Shown here: positions 17,503 through 26,728 of the stretch, one piece after another | How positions within the stretch are numbered: the first letter of the stretch is position 1 | Layout of the letters: every line of letters starts with the position of its first letter | DNA from: Fidelibacterota bacterium | GTDB lineage: Bacteria > Fidelibacterota > Marinisomatia > Marinisomatales > Marinisomataceae | Reading direction: 5' to 3' | Length of the DNA stretch: 64,000 bases | NCBI GenBank assembly: GCA_045560235.1 | Contig: JBJKZP010000008.1 | Span: 145,666-209,665, forward strand | Notes under the pieces: model-generated | What the model was told of the DNA's origin: nothing | Seen by the model: only the letters and a program-made list of their open reading frames with translations | Database searches by the model: none | Translations under genes and position numbers: made by a program

Positions 17503-18847
17503 TAAAAATATAAATTCCAAAGGTTGAAATTAAGATTAAAATCTTTGTTAATATATTTAAATCAAGAATACTATTTAAAGTAAAAATTAGCGATATAAAT
17601 AAGATGTTTTTAAGAATAGGTAAATAATTAATTTTAACTAAATTTTTAGTTAAAAAAATAAGTATTATAGAAGAGAAGACATTTGATATTAAGACTCCCA
17701 ATGGAGCACCAATTATCCCAAAAGATTTTACAAGAAAATATACAAGACTAGGAACCAAAACAGCATTAAAAACTGCCAAAATTAATTTGTAATTGGTTTT
17801 TTTATGAATCAGTAAAATAGGCTCAAAGAAGCTAGTAAAAGATCTTATCATGCTTAATAAGATAGTTATTATAAAGGGATTTAGCGCTGGTAACCATTTA
17901 TCTCCAAATGTAAAAGAAAAAATATATTCCCCAAAAAAAATAAATGTAATAAATATTAAACCAAATAGTTTAAAGACTAATAAAGAAATTTGATTAAAAC
18001 TTTCGTTAATTGTATCTTGGTTTTTATTTTCAGAGAAAACAGGCAAGACAACATTTATTATAGCGTCTTTTATCCTCAGAATAAAAAGTCCTAATTGAAA
18101 AGCAAGCCAGTAGTATCCTAGCTGCGTTTTACCAAGTAGATGATCAACAATTATGTAATCAATATTCCAATAAAAATAAATTATAATATTACTCGCTATC
18201 AAGGGAGCTGAAAATTTATATAAATCATTTATATCTTTTGAGTTCTCTATTGCTACAAAGCTAAAATTGAAATTGCTTATAAAAAGCAATATTAATCCTT
18301 CAAATAAATACTGTAGTGCACGCCATAGAATTAAAGCAAGCAAAGTAAAGCCATTAAAAGCAAGAATTATAGATATTATTGAAGAAAGTATTGTTGCAAT
18401 CATTGATGGATACCTAGCTTTAAAGAATTTTAATTCTTTTTCTAATATTGCTTTATTTCTCGAAAATGGATGATAAAAAACAACGAGACCAAAAAGAAGA
18501 ATTGAATTTTCATATGCATAATTTATATTTGGTATTAAATGATTTTTTATTAATAAAAAGAAAATAGAATATGATACTAGAGCGTAAATGAAATCAAAAG
18601 TTATAAGTGAATTCAACTTATTTTTATTAATTGATTTTTGAATAATAATATATTTATCAGTACAAAAATTAGATAAGCTAAAAAAAAACATTACAACAAT
18701 AGATATAATAGCAAATTCGCCAAAAAGACTCGGTGATAGCAGTCTAGCAAAAATTATTTGTGTAATAATGTATAAGACATACTGTATCATAGAAAATGAT
18801 ATAGTATACTTTGCTCCGTCGAAAATTTGACGATTAATGGTTGTCAT
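17489..18847 (-). CDS. wzx: Wzx-type flippase (MOP/polysaccharide biosynthesis protein family)
   Basis: 452 aa with about 12-14 TM segments. The N-terminal pattern FSMIQYVLYIITQIIFARLLSPSLFGEFAI is typical of PST-family flippases. Confidence 0.8.
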   Translation of the reverse strand: MTTINRQIFDGAKYTISFSMIQYVLYIITQIIFARLLSPSLFGEFAIISIVVMFFFSLSNFCTDKYIIIQKSINKNKLNSLITFDFIYALVSYSIFFLLIKNHLIPNINYAYENSILLFGLVVFYHPFSRNKAILEKELKFFKARYPSMIATILSSIISIILAFNGFTLLALILWRALQYLFEGLILLFISNFNFSFVAIENSKDINDLYKFSAPLIASNIIIYFYWNIDYIIVDHLLGKTQLGYYWLAFQLGLFILRIKDAIINVVLPVFSENKNQDTINESFNQISLLVFKLFGLIFITFIFFGEYIFSFTFGDKWLPALNPFIITILLSMIRSFTSFFEPILLIHKKTNYKLILAVFNAVLVPSLVYFLVKSFGIIGAPLGVLISNVFSSIILIFLTKNLVKINYLPILKNILFISLIFTLNSILDLNILTKILILISTFGIYIFNEKK

Positions 18848-18849
18848 AT

Positions 18850-20337
18850 CTAATATCTATATTCGTCTTTTTTAAATGGACCTTTAACATTTACTCCGAT
18901 GTAATCTGCTTGATCTTTAGAAAGCTTTGTTAAATCGGCGTCAAGATGTTTTAGATGAATTCTAGCAACTTCTTCATCTAGTTTGCGTGGCAAGTCATAT
19001 ATACCAGTTATAGGCTTATTTTTTGCAAGAAAAATTTGAGCTAAAACTTGATTTGAAAATGAAGTTGACATTACAAAGCTTGCATGTCCAGTAGCGCAAC
19101 CTAAATTAACCAACCTACCTTCAGCTAATAAAAATATTTGTTTACCATTTTTAAAAGTATATCTATCTAGCTGTGGTTTTATTTCCTCTTTTTTAGCATT
19201 AGATTTGTTTAGAGCTTCAACTTGAATTTCATTATCAAAATGTCCAATGTTGCATACAATTGCTTGATCTTTCATTTTTCTCATGTGATTTAAGGTAATA
19301 ATATCTTTATTGCCGGTTGTTGTAACAAAAATATTTCCTCTATGTAGTACATCTTCTAATCTTCTCACCTCAAAGCCCTCCATTGCAGCTTGTAGTGCAC
19401 ATATAGGGTCAATTTCTGTTACAATAACTTTACATCCATAAGACTTCATTGATTGAGCAGAGCCTTTTCCTACATCTCCATATCCGCAAACAACAATAGT
19501 TTTGCCAGCTAACATAATTTCAGTAGATCTTTTTATGCCATCTGCTAAAGATTCTCTACAACCATAAAGATTATCAAATTTTGATTTTGTTGCTGCATCA
19601 TTGACATTAAATGCTGGAAAAAGCAAAGTAGCATCTTCAACCATTTGTTTTAAGCGAGCTACTCCAGTTGTTGTTTCTTCAGAAACTCCTACAATTTCAG
19701 GAACAATATTGTGCCAATGGTTAGGATTTAATCTATGTACTTTTCGTAAAAGTTTTTCAATAACAATCTCTTCTTGAATTGAAGTAGTTATTTTAGGTAG
19801 TTTTTTATGTTTTTTATAATAATTTTCTAATTCAAATCCTTTATGTATAAGCAATGTTGCATCTCCTCCATCATCAACAATAAGATTAGGACCTTGATTA
19901 TTTTTAAATGTTAAAGCTTGTAATGTACAATCCCAGTATTCCTTTAAAGTCTCACCTTTCCAGGCATATACAGGTATCTTAGTTTTAGCAATTGCAGCAG
20001 CAGCTTCATCTTGGGTTGAAAAAATATTACAACTTGCCCATCTTATATCAGCTCCAAGATCTTTTAAGGTTTCAATTAGGATTGCAGTTTCTATTGTCAT
20101 ATGTAAGGAACCTGTCAGCCTAAAACCTTTAAGCGGTTTTGATTTAGAGTATTTTTTTCGTAGTTCCATCAAGCCTGGCATTTCTCTTTCCGAAATATCT
20201 ATTTTATCTCTACCTAACTTTGCTAATGAAATATCTTTAATTTTATAAGGTAAGCTTTCAACAATATTTTTATAATTTTTTTGCATTTTATTTTTAGTTT
20301 TAATCATTTTGTTTTCTTCAGTGTTTTGTAGTCTCAT
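18850..20337 (-). CDS. ahcY: adenosylhomocysteinase
   Basis: [53 protein letters not shown] and a C-terminal [11 protein letters not shown]. The true start may be an internal Met (M11 or M18). Confidence 0.95.
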   Translation of the reverse strand: MRLQNTEENKMIKTKNKMQKNYKNIVESLPYKIKDISLAKLGRDKIDISEREMPGLMELRKKYSKSKPLKGFRLTGSLHMTIETAILIETLKDLGADIRWASCNIFSTQDEAAAAIAKTKIPVYAWKGETLKEYWDCTLQALTFKNNQGPNLIVDDGGDATLLIHKGFELENYYKKHKKLPKITTSIQEEIVIEKLLRKVHRLNPNHWHNIVPEIVGVSEETTTGVARLKQMVEDATLLFPAFNVNDAATKSKFDNLYGCRESLADGIKRSTEIMLAGKTIVVCGYGDVGKGSAQSMKSYGCKVIVTEIDPICALQAAMEGFEVRRLEDVLHRGNIFVTTTGNKDIITLNHMRKMKDQAIVCNIGHFDNEIQVEALNKSNAKKEEIKPQLDRYTFKNGKQIFLLAEGRLVNLGCATGHASFVMSTSFSNQVLAQIFLAKNKPITGIYDLPRKLDEEVARIHLKHLDADLTKLSKDQADYIGVNVKGPFKKDEYRY

Positions 20338-20346
20338 AGTTTTCCT

Positions 20347-21468
20347 CTAAAATTTTAATTCTTTAGCAATATCTATCTTTTCCCAAGGTAGCTTAGCTTT
20401 ACCAAAATGCCCATAATTTGTTGTATCAGATAGATTTAAGTTAAATAAATCAAACTTTCTAATAATTCCCAATGGTGTTAAGTCAATATTTTTAGAAATC
20501 CAATCCGCTATATCATTTCTTACTTTTCCATCACAGTATACGTATAAAGATACTGGAGTTTTTATTCCAATAGCATAACTTAGCTGAACAGTAGCGTTTA
20601 GCGAAATACCTGAAGCCACAATATTTTTAGCAATATACCTTGCCATGTATGCACCGCTTCTATCTACTTTAGTGCAGTCTTTTCCGCTAAAAGCGCCTCC
20701 TCCATGAGGAGCATATCCACCGTATGTATCAACTATAATTTTTCTTCCAGTTAAACCAACATCACCATCTGGGCCACCTATAACAAAGCTTCCAGTTGGA
20801 TTTATTTTAAAATCAGTATTTTTATCGATCATATTGTGTATCTGAGGTGCTATAATTTTTTTTACTCTTTCTTCAACTTCTTTTGGGTTATTGCTTAGAT
20901 TTTTGCTGTGTTGAGTGCTGCATACTACATCCGATATTCTTAAAGGTTTATTTATGTCGCTGTATTCAACTGTGACCTGAGCTTTTCCATCAGGCCCCAA
21001 CCAATTTTCTCCTCCATGCCTTGCCTGTGAAAGTGCCTTGGTGATCTTATGACTAAAATAAATCGCACTTGGCATTAATGATTCATTTTCACTGCAAGCA
21101 TAACCAAACATCATTCCTTGATCTCCTGCACCAAAATTATCAGTTCCTTTGGCAATATCTTTACTTTGACCGTGAATTAAATTATTGACTGAAAGGGTAT
21201 TCCAGTGAAATTTTTCTTGTTCGTATCCAATTTTTTTAATGGTCTGTCTAGTCAATTCTTCAATATGATTAATATTTTCTATTAAACTGCTTTTAGCTTC
21301 TCCCGCAATGATTACCTTGTTTGATGTAACCATAGTTTCTATAGCAGCTCTATTTTTTTCATCTCCATTTATAAGATAGCAAGCAACTTGATCGGAAATA
21401 AGATCTGCAATTTTATCAGGGTGTCCTTCAGTAACTGATTCAGATGTGAAAAAGTAATTATTTTTCAT
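20347..21468 (-). CDS. metK: S-adenosylmethionine synthetase
   Basis: FTSESVTEGHPDK, GAGDQGMMFGYA, GGGAFSGKD and DRSGAY. Start chosen at M17 of the track ORF (MKNNYFFTSESV), ATG at 21466-21468. Confidence 0.95.
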   Translation of the reverse strand: MKNNYFFTSESVTEGHPDKIADLISDQVACYLINGDEKNRAAIETMVTSNKVIIAGEAKSSLIENINHIEELTRQTIKKIGYEQEKFHWNTLSVNNLIHGQSKDIAKGTDNFGAGDQGMMFGYACSENESLMPSAIYFSHKITKALSQARHGGENWLGPDGKAQVTVEYSDINKPLRISDVVCSTQHSKNLSNNPKEVEERVKKIIAPQIHNMIDKNTDFKINPTGSFVIGGPDGDVGLTGRKIIVDTYGGYAPHGGGAFSGKDCTKVDRSGAYMARYIAKNIVASGISLNATVQLSYAIGIKTPVSLYVYCDGKVRNDIADWISKNIDLTPLGIIRKFDLFNLNLSDTTNYGHFGKAKLPWEKIDIAKELKF

Positions 21469-21790
21469 CTTTTTTAATCCAATTATGTTTAGAGTAGTCC
21501 ACGGTAATTTCTTCATTTAAATATATATGTTTAATAGTTTTAAGTTTGATATAATCTCCATCATAAATTGCTTTACAATTTGGTGTCTTTGAATGATTAA
21601 AAAATCCTCCTAAAGGTGTTCTAATATATCCATGTGGGAATCTTTCATTTTTTACATGTGAAATTCCAAGTTCTGTGTTCGGTAGGATGTCCTCTTTTGC
21701 AAAAAGACCAATTCCGTGAATTGAAGATTCTTTTATTGTTAGAGAGGCTGGTAAGGGCTCAAAAGTTTTTAATTTTTCAAAATTTGACAC
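21458..21790 (-). CDS. minimal SET-domain protein (putative protein-lysine N-methyltransferase)
   Basis: HGIGLFAKEDI (GxG), GGFFNHSKTPNC (NHS..PN) and EEITVDY (catalytic Tyr motif) appear in canonical order. 110 aa with a GTG start. The 3' end overlaps the metK start by 11 nt. Confidence 0.8.
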   Translation of the reverse strand: MSNFEKLKTFEPLPASLTIKESSIHGIGLFAKEDILPNTELGISHVKNERFPHGYIRTPLGGFFNHSKTPNCKAIYDGDYIKLKTIKHIYLNEEITVDYSKHNWIKKDEK

Positions 21791-21893
21791 GTGAAATAAT
21801 ATAATTAATTAAAGTCATAATAAATGTTTTTTTTGTAAAGTAATTAGAATATATTCATCTCAATATGAAGACAAATAAGGCAAACCTTATTCA

Positions 21894-22613
21894 ATGAATT
21901 TAATTAATCAAATAATTTTATTACAAGATGTTGATAATAAATTATTTGAAATAAATAAGCTTCTAGGTGATCTCCCGTCAAAAGTTCATGAGTTAACAGA
22001 AGAAGAAGATTCTGTTAAATTATCTTTAGAAAATAAAGAAAATGATTTAAAAGATACTACCGTACTTATAAGTACTAATGAAACACTAGTTCAAGCAACT
22101 GCAGATAAAATAAATGTATTAAAAGACAAGCTTATTGATGGGTCTATTTCTACAAATAAAGAGTATGATGCAATGATGGAAACCATAGACTTTGAAAAAA
22201 ATCTTTTAGATAAAAAAGAATCTGAATTAATTGATTTGATGACAAAAAAAGAAAGTCTATTAAAAGAAATTGAAGAAGATAGAGCTTCTTTAGATGGAAT
22301 TATTACACAATTAAAATCTAAAAAAGATGATTTGAATGCTAAAATGGAAGAGGTTTCAGAAGAAAATAATGCATTGAAAATCGAAAGAGAAAATATCGCT
22401 AAAGATATAGACGATGATACTAAAGATAAATATTCACAGATTTATAAAGCTCGAAAAGGCCTAGTTGTTGCAGAGATTCTTGATAATAATTGTGAAGGTT
22501 GTGGAGCTTATATCCCCCCACAAATTGTTAACGAAGCGTTAGCAAGACAAATAGTTTTTTGTGGTACCTGCAGCAGGTTTTTATACAAATCAGAAAACAA
22601 ATCAGAAAATTAA
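21894..22613 (+). CDS. COG1579/DUF164-type coiled-coil protein with a C-terminal C4 zinc ribbon
   Basis: A long heptad-rich acidic/lysine-rich region, then CEGCGAYIPPQ ... CGTCSRFLY (CxxC ... CxxC). Confidence 0.7.
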   Translation: MNLINQIILLQDVDNKLFEINKLLGDLPSKVHELTEEEDSVKLSLENKENDLKDTTVLISTNETLVQATADKINVLKDKLIDGSISTNKEYDAMMETIDFEKNLLDKKESELIDLMTKKESLLKEIEEDRASLDGIITQLKSKKDDLNAKMEEVSEENNALKIERENIAKDIDDDTKDKYSQIYKARKGLVVAEILDNNCEGCGAYIPPQIVNEALARQIVFCGTCSRFLYKSENKSEN

Positions 22614-22658
22614 TTTTTTTCTTCTTAATTTAATTTCAATCCCTTATTATAACCACAA

Positions 22659-22998
22659 GAGCTGATTGGATGATTACTCGATTTTTTCGAGAGGAAAGTC
22701 CGGGCACCGCAGAGCATAGTGCCACCTAACAGGTGGGATTCGTGAGGATATGGACAGTGCAGCAGAAAGTAGACCGCCATTATAATGGTAAGGGTGAAAC
22801 GGTGGTGTAAGAGACCACCAGTAATAATGGTAACATTATTAGCTGGTAAACCCCACTAGGTGCAAGATCACGTAGACCCAAGATGCTGCTCGCATCATTT
22901 GAGGGAAGGGTAGATTGCTAGAGTTTTATAGAAATATAAAATAGAGAGGAATAATCATCGCATCATTGATGTACAAAACCCGGCTTATAAATCAGCTC
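22659..22998 (+). ncRNA. rnpB: RNase P RNA, bacterial type A
   Basis: GAGGAAAGTCCGGGC at 22691 (P4 5' strand). GGTAAGGGTGAAACGGTGGTGTAAGAGACCACCAG (P10-P12 region). ACAAAACCCGGCTTA at 22973-22987 (P4 3' strand). P1 pairing GAGCTGATT (22659-22667) with AATCAGCTC (22990-22998). Ends are +/- a few nt. Confidence 0.9.
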
Positions 22999-23009
22999 AA
23001 AAAATTATT

Positions 23010-24008
23010 ATGAAGAAGTCAAAAATAGCAGGTATTGGATTTAATGTTCCAACCAATGTTGTAACTAATCATGATTTAGAAGATATGATGGATACAACAG
23101 ATGAATGGATTAAAACAAGATCAGGAATTGAAGAAAGAAGATGGGTAGAAGCTGGAACTGCAAATTCAGATTTAGCATTACCAGCTTGTATAGAGGCGAT
23201 TCAAAAAGCTGGTATTACACCAACTGAAATAGATATTATAATTGTTGGGACAGTCAGTTCTGATTATAATTTTCCTGGAATGGCACCTATTCTTCAACAG
23301 AAATTAGGTATTAACCACCATATTCCTGCGTATGATATTAGTGCTGCATGCTCAGCTTTTATTTATTTGTTAGAAATAGGTGATCAATATATTAAATCTG
23401 GAAAATATAAAAATGTGCTTTTAGTTGGCTCCGATTTAATGTCAACAATAATTGATCGTTCACCTGAAGGACGAGCAACAGGTGTATTATTTGGCGATGG
23501 ATCAGGCGCAGTTGTTCTGCAAGAATCTGAAGATGATAGTCAAATTTTATCAACTCATCTTTTTGCAGATGGGAGAGGTGTAGAGCATTTAGCAGCAAAA
23601 GCTCCAGGTTCTATTTTTAATCCTCTCAGAATAGATGATAAAATAGTAGCTGATAGACAACATTTACCACATCAAAATGGTAGAGAGGTATTTAAAAATG
23701 CTGTAATAAGAATGCCAGAAGCTGTAAATGTTGCCCTTAAGTATAATAATTTAAATATAGATGATGTTTCGCTGGTAATTGCACACCAAGCTAATAAGAG
23801 AATTTTAGAAACATGCGCTAAAAGAATGAATTTGCCAATGGAAAAAATGTTTGTGAATATTCATAAGTATGGCAATACGACTGCTGCTACTATTCCAATT
23901 GCAATATGTGAGGCTTTAAATGAAAATAAATTTTCAAGGGGTGATTATATTATTTTAACAGCATTTGGCGCAGGATACACTTGGGCATCGGCAGTCATAA
24001 AATGGTAG
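23010..24008 (+). CDS. fabH: 3-oxoacyl-ACP synthase III
   Basis: DTTDEWIKTRSGIEERR, AACSAF (active-site Cys), HQAN and GNTTAATIP. Confidence 0.9.
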   Translation: MKKSKIAGIGFNVPTNVVTNHDLEDMMDTTDEWIKTRSGIEERRWVEAGTANSDLALPACIEAIQKAGITPTEIDIIIVGTVSSDYNFPGMAPILQQKLGINHHIPAYDISAACSAFIYLLEIGDQYIKSGKYKNVLLVGSDLMSTIIDRSPEGRATGVLFGDGSGAVVLQESEDDSQILSTHLFADGRGVEHLAAKAPGSIFNPLRIDDKIVADRQHLPHQNGREVFKNAVIRMPEAVNVALKYNNLNIDDVSLVIAHQANKRILETCAKRMNLPMEKMFVNIHKYGNTTAATIPIAICEALNENKFSRGDYIILTAFGAGYTWASAVIKW

Positions 24009-24009
24009 A

Positions 24010-26298
24010 ATGAATAATTTTAAAAAACTAAAAGATTTTTTTATAAGAAATAGGTTTCCAATACTTTGGTTTCTCCTTCTTTCTTTTGCTATATCTTTAA
24101 CTTTTCCAACAGGATTTTCAATTAGATACTCTTACCAATTAAATGACATTGCTAATGAACCAATAATTGCACCTTTTGACTTTGGAATTCTTAAAACAGA
24201 ACAGAAACTAATAAAAGACCTAGATGAAGCTAAAAAATCGGTACCCTTTTCTTTTAAGAGAAACCAAGATTTTGTTGATAGTCAGATTGCTTCAATAGAT
24301 ACTTTTTTCATTTACTTAAATGATATTTACAGTTCACATGAATTATTTATATCATCTCAAGACTCTCTTTACAAATATCGATATGAACCAGAGTTTGAAA
24401 GTTTTCAGAGCAGTTTCATTGCAGATAGCACAACCTATGTCACGCTTTATAACGAATTTTTAAATCAATATCAGTTTCAAATTAAAAAGGATCAATGGGA
24501 TCAATTGCTAGGAATCAATGACAGTTTATCCGAATCTATAAACTTAGATATCTTTAAAAATCAAGTTAAACAAATATGTCTTAATAGATGGGCAGAAGGC
24601 ATACTAGATGAATCTCTAGTAAATATTTTGAGTAATGAAATTAGTATAGTCCAAGGTGGAGAGTTGTTTATTGCTCCAACCAAAAATTATAACGATATAG
24701 AATCAGCATGGAAGAAAAATAAAGAAGAAGTAAATCTAATTTATGATAACGATTTAGATATTAAATCTATCTTAAGCTATGAGCTCATTAACGAGTTTAC
24801 AAAACCAAATATTATTTTTGATAAAGAACTAACTGATTCAAGGCAAAAAGAGCGCCTAGATAGAGTGTCGCGCTTTCAAGGAACAGTGCTTGCTAATGAA
24901 TTAATTGTTGACACAAATAATCGAATTACTGATTCAGTGTTATTAAAATTGAAATCATTAAAATTTGAGTCAGAGCGAAGGTTGGGATATGAAAAAGCTG
25001 CAGATAAATTTAGAGAATACTTAGGTGCATTTTTTGTAGTATCCATACTCCTTTTTTTACTTTTTTCTTTTTTCTATATTTATCGAGTAAACTATTTCAA
25101 AAACCATAAAATTTTAATTTTAATTAGTTTTTTAATGTATCTAATGGTTTTCTTTTCATGGATAATTATCAACTATCAACTACCTGTCTATATTATCCCT
25201 ATCGCAATGTTTTCTATTCTTATGACTGTGTTGTTAGATGCAACAGTGGCATTGATTTCTTCAACTATTTTAATTTTATTAATATCGCTACTTATTGGTA
25301 ATGATTTAGATTTTGCTATAATTCAGTTTATTATTGCTTGTATTGCAATATTTAGTGTTAGAAAGCTGCGTAAAAGAAGGCAAATTATTGCAACAATGAT
25401 AACATTAGTTTTTTGCAGTTTATTTGTATTCTTTTCTGTTATGTTATTTAAGGGAATTGATTTTCTTGATTATAACTATTCTATCGTAGGATATTTAGCT
25501 CTAACAAGTTTTCTTTGCCCAATTCTTTCTTTTGGTTTAGTACCATTATTTGAATCATTCTTTGGAATTACAACTGATTTAAGCTTAATAGAATTACTCG
25601 ATTATGATCAACCGCTTTTGAAAAAATTAATGGAAGATGCGCCTGGAACACATACCCATAGTGTAAAAGTTGGTACATTGGCTGAGTCATGTGCTAACGC
25701 TATAGGAGCTCGTGCATTGCTTTGTAGGGTAGGTTCATATTATCATGATATAGGAAAAATTGAAAAGCCAGAATATTATGCCGAAAACCAAATTGGAGAA
25801 AATAAGCACGATTCTATTTCACCTCATATGAGCGCTAAAATTTTAAAGCAGCACGTAACTGATGGACTTTTTTTAGCTGATGAATATGGATTACCTAAAA
25901 TTGTTAAAGATTTTATTGAAACACATCATGCTAAGAATAGAATGGAATTTTTTTATCAGAAGGCTCTATCAAATGCAGAAAATGCAGAATCTATTGATGA
26001 GAATGAGTTTAGATATCCTGGTCCCAAACCAAATTCCAAAGAGACTGGCATTGTAATGATTGCAGAGGCAATAGAGGCACAAGCAAATTCTATTAAGAAT
26101 CCTACACTTGAAAAATTTGAAAAAATGATAGATAAAGCAATACGTAGTCGATTAGAAGATGGTCAGTTAGATGAGTGTCCATTAACAATGGCAGACTTGC
26201 AAAAAATCAAAGGTAGAAGAGACGGAAAGCATGGTCTTATGCCTGTACTTTCAGGATTATATCATTCAAGACCAGAATACCCCTCAAAAAATGATTAA
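24010..26298 (+). CDS. 7TM-HD membrane phosphohydrolase (PgpH/YqfF family, HDIG domain)
   Basis: Extracellular N-terminal domain, seven hydrophobic helices (aa ~340-540), then an HD domain: THTHSVKVGTLAE ... YYHDIGK ... ETHHA. Confidence 0.8.
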   Translation: MNNFKKLKDFFIRNRFPILWFLLLSFAISLTFPTGFSIRYSYQLNDIANEPIIAPFDFGILKTEQKLIKDLDEAKKSVPFSFKRNQDFVDSQIASIDTFFIYLNDIYSSHELFISSQDSLYKYRYEPEFESFQSSFIADSTTYVTLYNEFLNQYQFQIKKDQWDQLLGINDSLSESINLDIFKNQVKQICLNRWAEGILDESLVNILSNEISIVQGGELFIAPTKNYNDIESAWKKNKEEVNLIYDNDLDIKSILSYELINEFTKPNIIFDKELTDSRQKERLDRVSRFQGTVLANELIVDTNNRITDSVLLKLKSLKFESERRLGYEKAADKFREYLGAFFVVSILLFLLFSFFYIYRVNYFKNHKILILISFLMYLMVFFSWIIINYQLPVYIIPIAMFSILMTVLLDATVALISSTILILLISLLIGNDLDFAIIQFIIACIAIFSVRKLRKRRQIIATMITLVFCSLFVFFSVMLFKGIDFLDYNYSIVGYLALTSFLCPILSFGLVPLFESFFGITTDLSLIELLDYDQPLLKKLMEDAPGTHTHSVKVGTLAESCANAIGARALLCRVGSYYHDIGKIEKPEYYAENQIGENKHDSISPHMSAKILKQHVTDGLFLADEYGLPKIVKDFIETHHAKNRMEFFYQKALSNAENAESIDENEFRYPGPKPNSKETGIVMIAEAIEAQANSIKNPTLEKFEKMIDKAIRSRLEDGQLDECPLTMADLQKIKGRRDGKHGLMPVLSGLYHSRPEYPSKND

Positions 26299-26728
26299 AA
26301 TTAGTATTTTTAATAAAGAACCTAATCTTAAAATCAAAGATTCTAATGTTAGAGAATTAGTACATCTTGCATTGAATAAAACATCTTACGAAAAGATAAA
26401 TTTAAATTTTGTATTTTGTAATAATGAAACATTGAATGATTTTAAATTAAAGTACTTTAATGATGATGTTCTTACAGATATTGTAACTTTTCCACTAAGA
26501 AATGATTCAGAGCTTGAAGCAGAAATATACATTAGCTCTGAGATGGCAAATGTTAATGCGCAACAATTCAAAGTATCATTAAATAATGAAATTTCACGCT
26601 TAATAGTTCACGGAATCTTGCATTTAATTGGATTTGATGATAGTTCAGAACAAAAGAAAAAATCGATGTTTAAAAAGCAAGAACAAATTATATCAAATTA
26701 TAATAAACAAGTTTGTTATGAAATTTGA
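26291..26728 (+). CDS. ybeY: endoribonuclease YbeY (rRNA maturation factor)
   Basis: TDIVTFP and LIVHGILHLIGFDD (YbeY metal motif). Start taken at MIKISIFNK, which overlaps the pgpH-like stop by 8 nt. Confidence 0.85.
   Translation: MIKISIFNKEPNLKIKDSNVRELVHLALNKTSYEKINLNFVFCNNETLNDFKLKYFNDDVLTDIVTFPLRNDSELEAEIYISSEMANVNAQQFKVSLNNEISRLIVHGILHLIGFDDSSEQKKKSMFKKQEQIISNYNKQVCYEI

Noticed and set aside
2520-18847. Integrative element at the tRNA (looked for an integrase, a duplicated tRNA 3' end or direct repeats bounding the glycan island)
   Set aside because: No integrase/recombinase ORF is present, and I found no second copy of the tRNA 3' segment in the window. The island looks like a recombination-exchanged glycan locus rather than a mobile element.
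21791-21893. Possible SAM riboswitch or other leader upstream of the SET-metK-ahcY array
   Set aside because: The 103-nt divergent spacer is almost pure A/T. It has no GC-rich helices or conserved SAM-I/II/V-like core that I can see, so it more likely holds only divergent promoters.
22578-22601. 12-nt tandem duplication AAATCAGAAAAC/AAATCAGAAAAT at the 3' end of the COG1579 gene (KSEN-KSEN)
   Set aside because: There are only two copies, inside a low-complexity C-terminal tail. It is probably a trivial slippage duplication with no regulatory meaning.
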